Shown: positions 30,449-42,088, numbered from the stretch's first letter. The stretch: 63,780 nucleotides of DNA from Candidatus Solincola quzhuomuensis (GCA_015711855.1 JACVJF010000003.1:1-63780); one strand, 5' to 3'. Translations and numbers: made by a program. The notes: a model not told the origin generated them from the sequence alone.

Positions 30449-32236
30449 TCAATATCCTTCTTGCCGCGCGCTCTCAGGCGGCTGGGGTAGGTAAACGAGG
30501 AAAACGGACCCTTCCCCCGGTTCGCTCTGCACGGTCACCGATCCTCCGTGGAGCTCGACGATATGCTTGACGATGGAAAGTCCCAGCCCCGTCCCTCCCG
30601 TCTCGCGCGAGCGCGCCCGGTCCACCCGATAGAACCTCTCGAAGATGCGGGGCAGCTCTTCGCGGGGCATGCCCACGCCCGTATCCCGGACCTCGAGTAC
30701 CAACCCTCTCGACTCCCGGCGGCAGCCGACCGACACTCGGCCTCCCGGCCGGTTGTACTTGACCGCGTTGTCCAGGAGGTTGTCCAACAAGGTGGCCAGG
30801 AGGCGGCGGTCCGCCTCCACCGTCAGCTCCCCGCTCAGGTCCGCGTTTATCTCCACCCCGTAATTCGCGGCCAGCTTGGACTTCCTTTCCAGGCATTCGG
30901 CGACCAGTTCGCGCAGCGGAACGCTTTCCAGGCGCAACACCGTCTCGCCGGCTTCCAGCCGGCTCAGGGCGAGCAGGTCCTCGATGAGCTGGGAAAGCCT
31001 CGCCGTCTCGCGATCCAGATCCCGAAGGAACCGGTCCGCCGTCTCTTTCTCCTCCAGGGCCCCACCCAGCAGGGATTCGGTCAGGGCGCGCACGGTGGCC
31101 ACCGGGGTGCGGAGCTCGTGAGAGACGTTGGCCACGAAATCCTGCCTGATGCGGTCCACGCGTCTCAACAGGGTGATGTCTTCCAGGGTGCTGACCGTGG
31201 CCATGACCTGTCCGTCCGAGCCCCTTACCGGACCGGACTTGAGGCGCAGATGCATGTGCCGGGGGTAGAGGAATTCCAGGTCAAACTCCACTCCCTCGCC
31301 GGCGGCGGCTCTCTTTACCGCCTCCTCCAGCTCCGTGCTGGAAAACACCTCGATAAGGCGGCGACCCCGGGCTTTTTCGGCGTCAACTCCCAGTATGTCC
31401 ACCGCGGCCGGATTGAGAAGAAGGATGCGATTATCACGGTCCGCCACCAACACACCGGTGGACACGCTTTCCAGAATGGCTACCAGTTTATTCCTTTCGG
31501 AGTCCGCTTCCTCCATGCGCCTGCGCACTTCTTCGGCCATGGCGTTGAAACTCTCCGCCAGCTCCTTGAAATCGGTTATGCTCGGCGCGTCGACCCTCTT
31601 GCGGAGATTCCCCGCCGAAACGTCGGACACCCCTTCCCGAAGCCCGTCCAAGGCTCCCACCACCGACCTCTCCGCCCACACGCTGGCAGCCACGATCACC
31701 AGGAGGAGAAGCCCGAAGGCGGCCAGGAATATCCCCCAAACCCTCAGGATGACCGGCATGACGCTCTCCTCCTGTACGGAGACGCGCGCCACCCCCACCG
31801 TCTCGCCCCCCAGCTTCACGGGCGCCGCGGCATAGATGAACCTTTTGCCCAGAGTTCGCGACTCGCGGCTGGCCGAGGACACCTCTCCACGAAGGGCAGC
31901 CGCCACCTCCGGGCGACCGGCGTGGTTCTCCATCTGCGCGGCAGTAAACTCCGAGTCCCCGAGCACCCTTCCTCGGGTATCGATAACCGTGAGTCTTACG
32001 GAAAGCTCGCCGGCCAGTTCCTTGAGGAAAAGGTCAACCTCATCGGGTGTCATCTCCCCGGTGAAAAATCGGTCGGCCTGGCCGGCGAAGAGCTGGGCCT
32101 GTTCCTCCAGGTTCCTCCTCTCCCTGGAAAGGGTATAGCTCCTGATGGGGATGACCACGAGTAGAGAGAGGAGCACAAGGACCACGGTGACCAGGATGGT
32201 GTAGCGGGTGATGAGGATGCGTTTCAGGCTCTTCAA
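30449..32236 (-). CDS. phoR: PhoR/SenX3-type sensor kinase (Cache-like, HAMP, PAS, HisKA, HATPase)
   Basis: DFVANVSHELRTP, NLLDNAVKY, FERFYRVDRARSRETGGTGLGL; TTG start overlapping the response-regulator TGA. Confidence 0.9.
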   Translation of the reverse strand: MKSLKRILITRYTILVTVVLVLLSLLVVIPIRSYTLSRERRNLEEQAQLFAGQADRFFTGEMTPDEVDLFLKELAGELSVRLTVIDTRGRVLGDSEFTAAQMENHAGRPEVAAALRGEVSSASRESRTLGKRFIYAAAPVKLGGETVGVARVSVQEESVMPVILRVWGIFLAAFGLLLLVIVAASVWAERSVVGALDGLREGVSDVSAGNLRKRVDAPSITDFKELAESFNAMAEEVRRRMEEADSERNKLVAILESVSTGVLVADRDNRILLLNPAAVDILGVDAEKARGRRLIEVFSSTELEEAVKRAAAGEGVEFDLEFLYPRHMHLRLKSGPVRGSDGQVMATVSTLEDITLLRRVDRIRQDFVANVSHELRTPVATVRALTESLLGGALEEKETADRFLRDLDRETARLSQLIEDLLALSRLEAGETVLRLESVPLRELVAECLERKSKLAANYGVEINADLSGELTVEADRRLLATLLDNLLDNAVKYNRPGGRVSVGCRRESRGLVLEVRDTGVGMPREELPRIFERFYRVDRARSRETGGTGLGLSIVKHIVELHGGSVTVQSEPGEGSVFLVYLPQPPESARQEGY

Positions 32237-32931
32237 CTTATCTCTCCGCTTGCCTCGAAGCGATAGCCCACCCCCCGAACGGTTATTATGCGGCTGGGGC
32301 GAGACGGATCCGGCTCGACCTTCTCCCGAAGCCGCCTGATGTGCACTTCCAGGGTCTTGCTCTGGCCGTAATAGTCCCCCTCCCAAACTTGGCCGATCAG
32401 GTACTCTCGGGGAAGGGCCTTACCGGGATGGCGTAGGAAGAGTTCCAGGAGGCGATATTCCATGAGGGGCATCTCCACCACCCTACCGCCCACTCTCACC
32501 TCGTGCCGCTCCCGGTCCAGCTCGATGTCCCCGGAGCGGAGGATAGCCTCCTCCCTCGCCTCCCTGTCTTTTGCCCCCCGACGGAGGACAGCCTTCACCC
32601 TCGCCGTGAGCTCCCGCATGTTGAAGGGCTTGGTGACGTAGTCATCGGCGCCCATCTCCAGACCCAGGACCTTGTCCACGTCGGAATCCTTGGCCGTGAG
32701 CATGATCACCGGTACGTCGCTCTCCTTGCGCAGCCTCCGGCATATCTCCATCCCGTCCATGCCCGGCAGCATGAGGTCCAGAAGGACCAGGTCGTAGGCA
32801 CCCTCCCGGCATTTCCTCCAGCCGCTCTCCCCGTCGAGGGCTATGTCCACCTGGTATCCTTCCTTCTCCAGGCTGAAACCCACCGCCTCCGCCAGCGGCC
32901 TCTCGTCCTCGATGATGAGTATTCTTTTCAC
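32233..32931 (-). CDS. phoB: PhoB/RegX3-type OmpR-family response regulator
   Basis: Receiver plus winged helix (VHIRRLREKVE, TVRGVGYRF); upstream of phoR-pst. Confidence 0.9.
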   Translation of the reverse strand: MKRILIIEDERPLAEAVGFSLEKEGYQVDIALDGESGWRKCREGAYDLVLLDLMLPGMDGMEICRRLRKESDVPVIMLTAKDSDVDKVLGLEMGADDYVTKPFNMRELTARVKAVLRRGAKDREAREEAILRSGDIELDRERHEVRVGGRVVEMPLMEYRLLELFLRHPGKALPREYLIGQVWEGDYYGQSKTLEVHIRRLREKVEPDPSRPSRIITVRGVGYRFEASGEIS

Positions 32932-33272
32932 GCGCCAACCTCGAAAGTACGCCTCCCGTGTGCACAACGCCGATTTTAATATACCCCATTTCGTTTTATC
33001 GCCGACAAGGCTTAGCTTGCGTGCGGTTCCCGATTACCCGCACCGTGAAGTAGGTGACGCAAAGGGGTGCCGGGATGGGTGGTGGGGAGGGGCCTTTCGG
33101 CCCCTCCCGCTCATCAGGGTGGGAGAGTGGCTTAACCGCAAAGACGCTCCTCTTGTCCCTGCCCCGTTTCTCTTTTTCCAATTCCGCCGGATCCCTGCGC
33201 AATCCGATTTTTTGGGCCTCCTGCCTTCACCAATCGCTTTCGCCCCACGCCGGTCAGCCCCAAGCGAAAGGA

Positions 33273-33326
33273 AAGATACTGCGGGAAAATTAAATCCGGG
33301 TAAAGGACAATTTAAACCCGGTTAAA
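33273..33326 (-). promoter_or_regulatory. Second Pho-box-like array plus -10, upstream of phoB
   Basis: TTTAACC, TTTAAAT, CTTTACC, TTTAATT at 10/11/11-bp steps, then 9 nt and TATCTT (same spacing as at pstS). Confidence 0.55.
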
Positions 33327-33555
33327 ATCATGTTTACGGCAGGCCGACGGTCTTCTCCAACAAGTAGGGCTAACCCTCGGAACGCAGCTTGAACAGCCCA
33401 ACGTCTCTCACGCGGGGTGGGCGCGAAACGGGCGCTGGACAGACGGAAATCAAGGAAAAAGTAAACCTACCCTTACCTTGCCTTCACCCGTTTTTCAACC
33501 TCCGGATCTTGAATGGTTATCGGCATGGAAATACGCACGAAAGGAGGATTGTGAG

Positions 33556-33750
33556 ATGGAGGAGTTCTTTGAGTTCCTGGACGAGAGCCTCGACGGCAGG
33601 TCCGTCTTGGAACAGGAGGCCGGGCCGAGCGCCTTCGATGCTCGGCGCCACGCGGAAGAGAAAGAAGGCGCCGCGGAAGGATGCGACCTCGAGGTGCTCG
33701 GCAAATGCTTGCTGGATCCGGACGGACCGCAACATAGGCGAATCGTTTGA
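33556..33750 (+). CDS. Small acidic hypothetical protein (64 aa)
   Basis: AAGGAGGA RBS 7 nt before ATG; lies in an otherwise empty intergenic region. Confidence 0.6.
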   Translation: MEEFFEFLDESLDGRSVLEQEAGPSAFDARRHAEEKEGAAEGCDLEVLGKCLLDPDGPQHRRIV

Positions 33751-34076
33751 CAAAGACTTGTCATCGCCATATATATCAACTGCGCCTTACCGTTCTCCGT
33801 TTGCGGAAGGAAATTCCGCGACAGTCTCTCCCCTCAGGCAACGCCAAGAAACGTCTGCGGGATGAAGGTAAGGAAAAGAGGGCGGCGGCGCAGGAAGAAC
33901 CGTCCGAGATCCGTTTCGGGTAAATCCCGTCCCTATCAGGCAGGCCGACTCGGCTTGCTCATCCGCCACATCGCGCGGATGACAATGGAGGAGAACGCAT
34001 AATCCTCGCCCGGGACCACCGCGCGGCCCGTCCGACGGTCGCCTCGCCTCATCTTGAACGAGAGCCGACCCCTTCT

Positions 34077-34565
34077 TCATGACGCGGGCGGTGGTTCGTG
34101 GCCCGAGATAAGGGCCTCGAGGGTTTCCGCCCACCGGAGGTTGGAGCGGACCAGGAAAGCACAGGCGTCCTCTTTGCCTTCTCCGCTCCTGAAATCGATG
34201 CGAAGCAGGCCTTTACCCATCCCTTTACCCAGAAAGGAACGGGGAGTGGAAACGGCGGTAATCGCATCAAGGGGGATGAACAGGCGTCTTTGCGGATAGA
34301 GCATGCGGAAACGCACGTACTTGTCGGTGAGTGCCAGAAGTCCGTTACCCCTCAACTGCGCATGACCGCGCGAAAGCTGTCCGAAAAAGTTGCAGGGCTC
34401 CATGCCGTAGAAAATCTCCCCGCCCATATGGCCGCGCATGTCCTGCTCCGCTTCCCTATACAGCCTCCCAATCCAAGCGCGGAGGCAGACGACCGCCGTC
34501 GCCAGAAATGCCAGAGTTGTCAGGCTCACCACCATGATGACCACGGAATCCCGCACTCCTGCCAT
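34077..34565 (-). CDS. Membrane-anchored hypothetical protein, PH-like fold suspected
   Basis: One N-terminal TM, then NFFG..SRG..QLRGNGxLxLT...IPLxxI beta-rich domain; GGAAAG upstream. Confidence 0.65.
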   Translation of the reverse strand: MAGVRDSVVIMVVSLTTLAFLATAVVCLRAWIGRLYREAEQDMRGHMGGEIFYGMEPCNFFGQLSRGHAQLRGNGLLALTDKYVRFRMLYPQRRLFIPLDAITAVSTPRSFLGKGMGKGLLRIDFRSGEGKEDACAFLVRSNLRWAETLEALISGHEPPPAS

Positions 34566-34689
34566 ACCGCTTTCCGCCGAGGAGGAGCGGATGGATCCTG
34601 CGCCACGAGCTGCTTTCCTCTCCCGCCACTCATATACATCGAGATCAAAGGGGAAGAGCTTTATCTCCAGGCAATGGGCACTCCCCAGA

Positions 34690-34778
34690 AAGGCTTCCCT
34701 CTTCCGGGAGAACTCATCGCGGTATTACTGACGGAATTCGGAAGGGCTTGCCCCCTCCGGGTGAACTTATCGCGGTAT
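34690..34778. repeat. Imperfect 36-nt direct repeat (two copies, 53-nt period) upstream of ppa
   Basis: 34690-34725 vs 34743-34778, 30/36 identical. Confidence 0.7.
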
Positions 34779-34868
34779 CCGTGGGGTGATATCTTATCTA
34801 AAGAGATGATGAAGAGGTTTATGGGACCGCGCTCAGTCATATGCGAGCGGGAGCGGAAAGGGGTCACG

Positions 34869-35360
34869 ATGCGAAGCGAGGGCTATCCCTATAAGGTGAG
34901 GGTCGTCGTAGAGGTCCCCAAGGGCTCGCGGAACAAATACGAATACGACCGTAAGAGCGGCCGGATAAAGCTGGACCGGGTACTGTTCAGCGCGGTACAC
35001 TACCCGGCTGATTACGGCTACGTGGAGGGGACCCTGGCCGAGGACGGGGACGAGGTGGACGTCCTGGTGCTCATCGACGAGCCCACCTTCCCGGGCTGCC
35101 TCATCGAGGCCAAACCCATCGGGATGCTGCGCATGAGAGACGAGAAAGGCGTCGACAACAAGGTCCTCGCCGTGCCGGAGAACGACCCCCGCTGGTCCCC
35201 CTTTCAGGACATCTCCGAACTACCGCCCCACCTCTTGGTGGAGGTGGAGAACTTCTTCCTCACCTACAAGAAGCTGGAGGCGAAGGAGGTCCGGAGCGAG
35301 GGCTGGAAAGGTTCCGAGGAGTCTCGCGAATACCTCGTCCGCTGCAAGATCGGAACATAA
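34869..35360 (+). CDS. ppa: Family I inorganic pyrophosphatase
   Basis: EVPKGSRNKYEYD, YPADYGY, DGDxVDVLV, DxKVLAV; the upstream 257 codons of the tracked ORF are not pyrophosphatase-like. Confidence 0.93.
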   Translation: MRSEGYPYKVRVVVEVPKGSRNKYEYDRKSGRIKLDRVLFSAVHYPADYGYVEGTLAEDGDEVDVLVLIDEPTFPGCLIEAKPIGMLRMRDEKGVDNKVLAVPENDPRWSPFQDISELPPHLLVEVENFFLTYKKLEAKEVRSEGWKGSEESREYLVRCKIGT

Positions 35361-35592
35361 TCTCGGAAGCGTCCCGCCCACGAGCAGATGAAAGATGCTT
35401 TCAGGACCCGTCATGTACTAAGCGGGCTGCCGCTCCGGTCTTAAGCTGCGGAAATGTCCGAATTACGACAATGGGCGCATCACCGTCACACTCCTATCGC
35501 GTTGACGGAGACGGCCCAAGGAGACCGTCGGAGACCGAAGGGAGGGCGCCGCCGGAGCGCCCTCCCGATGCATCAGGCTTACCAGCTGCGGC

Positions 35593-36777
35593 TTATTCCA
35601 CCTTCTCCCAAAGGGTGGCGTTGGCGTTTCCGAAGCCGCCGCACAGAGTGGCGATGGCTCGCTTGGCCTCCGGGAAGTCCTTCTTCATGATGTTGTTCAG
35701 GGTGATGACGATGCGGCATCCGGACTCCCCTAGGGGATGACCCAGGGCCAGCGCCCCGCCCCACACGTTTATGTTGTCAAAGGGGGCGTTCTGCCCGATG
35801 CCCAGTTCGCGGATGACCGCCAGGGCCTGGGTGCCGAAGGCCTCGTTGAGCTCCCAGAGGTCGATGTCGTTTATGGTTAGTCCCTTGCGGGCCAGGAGCT
35901 TCTGTACCGCGTACACCGGCCCTATCCCCATGATGGTGGGGTCGCAACCGGCCATGCACCCGCCGCCATAACGGAGGTGATAGGAGAGACCCAACTCGTC
36001 GGCCTTCTCCCGGCTCATAAACAGCGCAGCGCAGGCCCCTACCGTCAGGGGTGAGCTGATGGCCGCGGTGACGATGCCGTCGGGCTTGAAGGCCGGCTGC
36101 ATCTGGGCCATCTGCTCCAGGCTGGGGTTATCCCGGATCCACTGATCGCGGTCGCAGAGGAACTCGTTCCCGTTCTCGTCCAGAGCGGGTATGGGGACGA
36201 TCTCGTCCTTGAACTTTCCGGCGTCGCGGGCGTCGCGGGCTTTAATGTGGCTCCAGTAGGCCATGAGTTCGGCGTCGGCGCGGGAGACGTTGTAGACCTC
36301 GGCAATCTTCTCCGCCGTGGCCCCCATGGGAAGTTCGAGGGGGTTGTAATACTGGGCGATACGGGGCGGGATGTCCATACCCGCGGCCATGGGTACGTTC
36401 ATCATGTCTTCCACCCCGGAGGCGATGAAGATCTCGCCTTCCCCGGCCATGATAGCCCGGCAGGCATGTTCGATGGCCGACATCCCCGAGGGGCACTGCT
36501 GGTTGATGCCGTTGGTAGGCACGCTCTCCGGCAGCCCGGAGGCCAGCCACCCAAGGCGGGCGATGTCGTTCTGCATGCCGGTCTGGTTGGCGGTGCCGCA
36601 GAACACCGCGTCCACGTCCTCCGGCTTCACCTGCGGGTTGCGCTCGAAGAGCGCCTTGTACACGTAGGTGAGTAGTTCGTCCGGACGCAGGTGCCGAGCC
36701 CATCCCTTTTCCTTGTGGGCCCGGAAGTTGGGAGTCCTCACCCCGTCCACCAAGACCGCTTCCTTCAATTCTGCCAT
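35593..36777 (-). CDS. Acetyl-CoA C-acyltransferase (classical thiolase)
   Basis: NQQCPSG, NEAF, GGALALGHPLGESG and LCGGFG catalytic motifs. Confidence 0.92.
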   Translation of the reverse strand: MAELKEAVLVDGVRTPNFRAHKEKGWARHLRPDELLTYVYKALFERNPQVKPEDVDAVFCGTANQTGMQNDIARLGWLASGLPESVPTNGINQQCPSGMSAIEHACRAIMAGEGEIFIASGVEDMMNVPMAAGMDIPPRIAQYYNPLELPMGATAEKIAEVYNVSRADAELMAYWSHIKARDARDAGKFKDEIVPIPALDENGNEFLCDRDQWIRDNPSLEQMAQMQPAFKPDGIVTAAISSPLTVGACAALFMSREKADELGLSYHLRYGGGCMAGCDPTIMGIGPVYAVQKLLARKGLTINDIDLWELNEAFGTQALAVIRELGIGQNAPFDNINVWGGALALGHPLGESGCRIVITLNNIMKKDFPEAKRAIATLCGGFGNANATLWEKVE

Positions 36778-37253
36778 GTCCCTTACTCTCCTTCCTATCC
36801 TCCGATGCTTACAATAAAACACCTCTCCATCGAGGCCTCTATGACCTTCACGCCATACATGCAGTCGACCTCCCTCCTCCCCGGAAACCCCGAGCTCACC
36901 TTCTCGACCTTGCTGTCCCGCCTTTCCGGGAGAAGTTACCGAAGATAAAACAAGGCTTGGGTAATTATATCAAATTCATGACATCCGAGTACCCGATCAA
37001 GGGAGGGCTTCGTAGGGCAGAGACTCGGTCGGCAGCCGGCCATGACGGATTTTCTCGTTCGTGAAGAGGGAGGTGTCAGCGGATAAGCGGCCGTTAAACC
37101 CAGACGTAAAAAGACCGCGAGGAGGGCGGATGTGTCCGGTTGGGTGGAGTGGTAAACTAACATAGACCGAGAGATTCCGTCAAAAGCAGAGGAGAAAAGG
37201 CCGGGGGGTCGACATCTCGATCCGACCTCCACTAAAACATGGGAGGAGTGGAT

Positions 37254-38324
37254 ATGGAAGGCGTGGAGTTCTGTCCGGTGTGCGGCGTGCCGCGCCAGTT
37301 CGTGGAGAACCATACCTGGCTCGACAACGGCGTGATCGTCCAGACCTCCGATCGCCAGCACCGCATGGTGATCATGGAGAGCGAGAACCTGGACAATCTC
37401 TACCGCGGCATAGAGGAGATCATAGGTATACCCGTGGAGCGTATCGTCATCGAGACCAAGCGAAGGGCTACCCGGGAATACATAGACCGACTGGTGCCGG
37501 AAGAGGTCAAGGACATGGTGTTCCGCAAGGAGCTCGACATAGAGTTGTTGATCCAAGCCAACAACAACATCGCCCGCATCATGGGTTACGGGGACGTGCG
37601 CGTGAAGGGCTACAGGTTGGAGTTCGACGAGGGCGATTACCTCGAGGAAGAGGTGAGAAACCCATACTCCGTACCCATGTGGTGCGGGGACCTGGCGGGG
37701 GCGGTGGAAGCCGTGACTCGCCGCGACAACGACGTGGAATACCGCATGATCTCCTCAGACGTGGTGGAGATCAAAGCCTTTCCTGCGGAACATCCCCCTC
37801 AGTTCCAGGGGCGGCTGGAGTTGAAGGAGTACCATTTGCTCGAGGGGGAGGTCGGCCTGGACCGCTGTAAAACGTGCGGAGGACCTTCGGGTCTCTCCGC
37901 CCTCAAGTGGGCCCTGGAGGAAGGCACCATCAAGGACACCACCACGGGTCGGCGGGTGGTCATGCTCGGGCCCGCTTACCAGGAAGCGGTCTTCGAGGAG
38001 CTGGAGAGGGAGCTCGGAGAGGAGATCCCGCAAACCATCGTGGAGGCCCAGAGGCGCTTCGTGAGATCCGGCTTTTACCGGGTGAAGGAGATAGAGAGCG
38101 AGGATCAGTTCCGCAAGCTTCTGGCCCTACGCGGCCTGGGCAACCTACGCACGCTGGCTTTGGAGGGAGACCGGCTGCGGGTCCGCCTGGAAAATGCTGC
38201 CCTCCACCTAATGATCGTGGGGTTGCTGCAAGGCTACCTGGAGACCCTCACCGGTCGCGATTCGGCCGCGGAGTGGAATCTTACCCCGGAGGGAGTTCTC
38301 GAATTGGAGATCGTCGCCCGTTAA
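37254..38324 (+). CDS. Hypothetical protein with tandem CxxC + V4R-like modules (paralogue 2)
   Basis: 356 aa, GGAGGAG RBS; colinear with 24262-25338. Confidence 0.8.
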   Translation: MEGVEFCPVCGVPRQFVENHTWLDNGVIVQTSDRQHRMVIMESENLDNLYRGIEEIIGIPVERIVIETKRRATREYIDRLVPEEVKDMVFRKELDIELLIQANNNIARIMGYGDVRVKGYRLEFDEGDYLEEEVRNPYSVPMWCGDLAGAVEAVTRRDNDVEYRMISSDVVEIKAFPAEHPPQFQGRLELKEYHLLEGEVGLDRCKTCGGPSGLSALKWALEEGTIKDTTTGRRVVMLGPAYQEAVFEELERELGEEIPQTIVEAQRRFVRSGFYRVKEIESEDQFRKLLALRGLGNLRTLALEGDRLRVRLENAALHLMIVGLLQGYLETLTGRDSAAEWNLTPEGVLELEIVAR

Positions 38325-38458
38325 GAATAACGATAAGAAATCTTAAAATAAGACCCACGGTTTCGACACCATTAGATCGTTATTTTGCCCACCTCGTCTC
38401 GGTAGGGAACCGCATGTTTAAATCGTCGCCTTAGGTTCCGCGAGGCCGGTTTCCCGAC

Positions 38459-39907
38459 TCACGCGCTCGAAGCGGAGCGCCCGGGAAGGACGGAGACGAA
38501 AATCCTCCAGTCGGAGGCGTCGAAGGTACGCAGCAAGAAGAGCGCTCCCAGATAGGAGGCCACGTACACCGGCGCGAGGCCATAGAAGGGAAGGGCGGAG
38601 CGCAGGGGGAGGCATACCATTGCAGCCCCCAAGGCGGCCAAAGCCGGCTTCCAGTTCCCCAGAAGGCGGGGATGGATACGCATGTGTCTCCAGGCCAGAA
38701 AGAGGGTTAACCCCAGCATGGCCACCTCCGAGATCAGGGTGCTGACCGCAGCGCCCAAAAACCCCATTGCCGGAGCCAACGCCAGGCACAGGACCACGTT
38801 CAATCCCGCGCAGGACAGGATGGCCATCATGCTCAGCTTCTGCTTGTAGTGCGCGTTCATGAGATCGATGAGAGGTATGTAGGTGAAGCTGAAAAGCGGG
38901 ATGGCGGCCAGGACCCAAAGGGCGGATCGGGCGGAGAGGTAGGATTCCCCGTAGATCATTCTTATAAGCTGGGGGGCAAAAAGGGCCATGATCCCGCAGA
39001 AGGGCAGGCTGACGCAAGCCAGATATTTGACCACCCTGCGTATGACCTCCCGGTGTCTATGATCGGAGGACCTTCCTATCCTGGAGAGAAACGGAAACAC
39101 TGCGGTCATACAGGTGGCGGGAACCACGGCCATGGCCCAGATGATGCGGTACGCGGAGCTGAACAGGCCGGCCTGGTGATCGCCCTTGAAGGCGGAGACC
39201 AGCACCGTGTCCGTATACCCGAAGAGAAAGGTCACCAGCCCAATGATCCCGAAGGGCAGGGCGCCGGCGATCATCTTCTTCCAGAAGGCCAGGTTCCAGG
39301 TAAAGGCGGGCTGGCCCATCCTGCGGGTCAGGATGACGAAGTCCACCCCTAAAGAGACCACCGCCCCCACCATCAGGGCGTAGGAGATACCCACCAACCC
39401 GTAGCCCTTGAGCAGTAGGAACGAGCCCACCCCGAAGGTCAAGAGGATATCCACCAGGTCGGAGAGGGCCTGGTACTTCATGACCTCGAAGGCCTGGAAG
39501 ACGGCATCGAAGAATCGCCTCAGCCCGGTGAACACCACGTAGCTCAGCCCGATGAGAAAAAGAGGAAGACGGGTATCGGTGGACCGGGAGGTTAGGGCTA
39601 TGACGGCATAGATGATCCCCGCACTGGCTATCCCGGTCAGGAGCCTCAGCACCGTCAGGTCGCCCACGTACCGGGCCACGTTGTCCCGGTTGGCGGCCAG
39701 CTCCCTCACCACCAGCTTGGGAAGGCCCATCTCCCCCAGGATGAGCAGGATATAGGCCAGGGAAAGGGCGAAGGAATAGGCGCCGAAGCCCTCCGTTCCC
39801 AGCCGGCGGGCTACGAGCACGGTGAAGAGGGGCATGAGCACCGCGCGGAAGGTCCCCCCTCCCATGATCACCAATATGTTCCTGGCTATTCTCTTGGCGT
39901 CTTCCAA
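38459..39907 (-). CDS. Wzx/MOP-family oligosaccharide flippase
   Basis: 12-14 TMs; ARRLGTEGFGAYSFAL and QAGLFSSAYRI patterns. Confidence 0.8.
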   Translation of the reverse strand: MEDAKRIARNILVIMGGGTFRAVLMPLFTVLVARRLGTEGFGAYSFALSLAYILLILGEMGLPKLVVRELAANRDNVARYVGDLTVLRLLTGIASAGIIYAVIALTSRSTDTRLPLFLIGLSYVVFTGLRRFFDAVFQAFEVMKYQALSDLVDILLTFGVGSFLLLKGYGLVGISYALMVGAVVSLGVDFVILTRRMGQPAFTWNLAFWKKMIAGALPFGIIGLVTFLFGYTDTVLVSAFKGDHQAGLFSSAYRIIWAMAVVPATCMTAVFPFLSRIGRSSDHRHREVIRRVVKYLACVSLPFCGIMALFAPQLIRMIYGESYLSARSALWVLAAIPLFSFTYIPLIDLMNAHYKQKLSMMAILSCAGLNVVLCLALAPAMGFLGAAVSTLISEVAMLGLTLFLAWRHMRIHPRLLGNWKPALAALGAAMVCLPLRSALPFYGLAPVYVASYLGALFLLRTFDASDWRIFVSVLPGRSASSA

Positions 39908-40159
39908 GTCCTATGTCTCCAGCCTTTGTGCCTCCGTCTGCGGGGGACCTTTAGAAGCGACAGCCTGCTATCGGTCCTAAACGGCGGGGTGATAACCCCC
40001 GTTTACCGGATGACGGGACCATCGGTCAAGTATGGTACCCCATCCCGGTGATGTCAATCGGAATTTTTCCCCTATACCTTAGCGGAGCAGGCCTTCACCT
40101 TTCGCCTGCCGCGCGGAAGCGGCTGGGGAGAGCGGCATCACCGGTGCCCGTACCCCTCC

Positions 40160-42088
<1,929 letters not shown>

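Noticed and set aside
33040-33070. GGTGACGCAAAG resembling the c-di-GMP-I riboswitch
   Set aside because: No upstream GGCAAAC...GAAA hairpin and no CCGGxCUAA receptor
33085-33117. Hammerhead-like CUGAUGAG followed by a GAAA-capped stem (minus strand)
   Set aside because: The required GAAA core after stem II is absent (CACCAC instead) and no stem I/III or cleavage triplet could be built
34098-34868. 257-codon N-terminal extension of ppa in the ORF track
   Set aside because: Antisense shadow of the 34077-34565 gene plus regulatory DNA; the true RBS and start are at 34869
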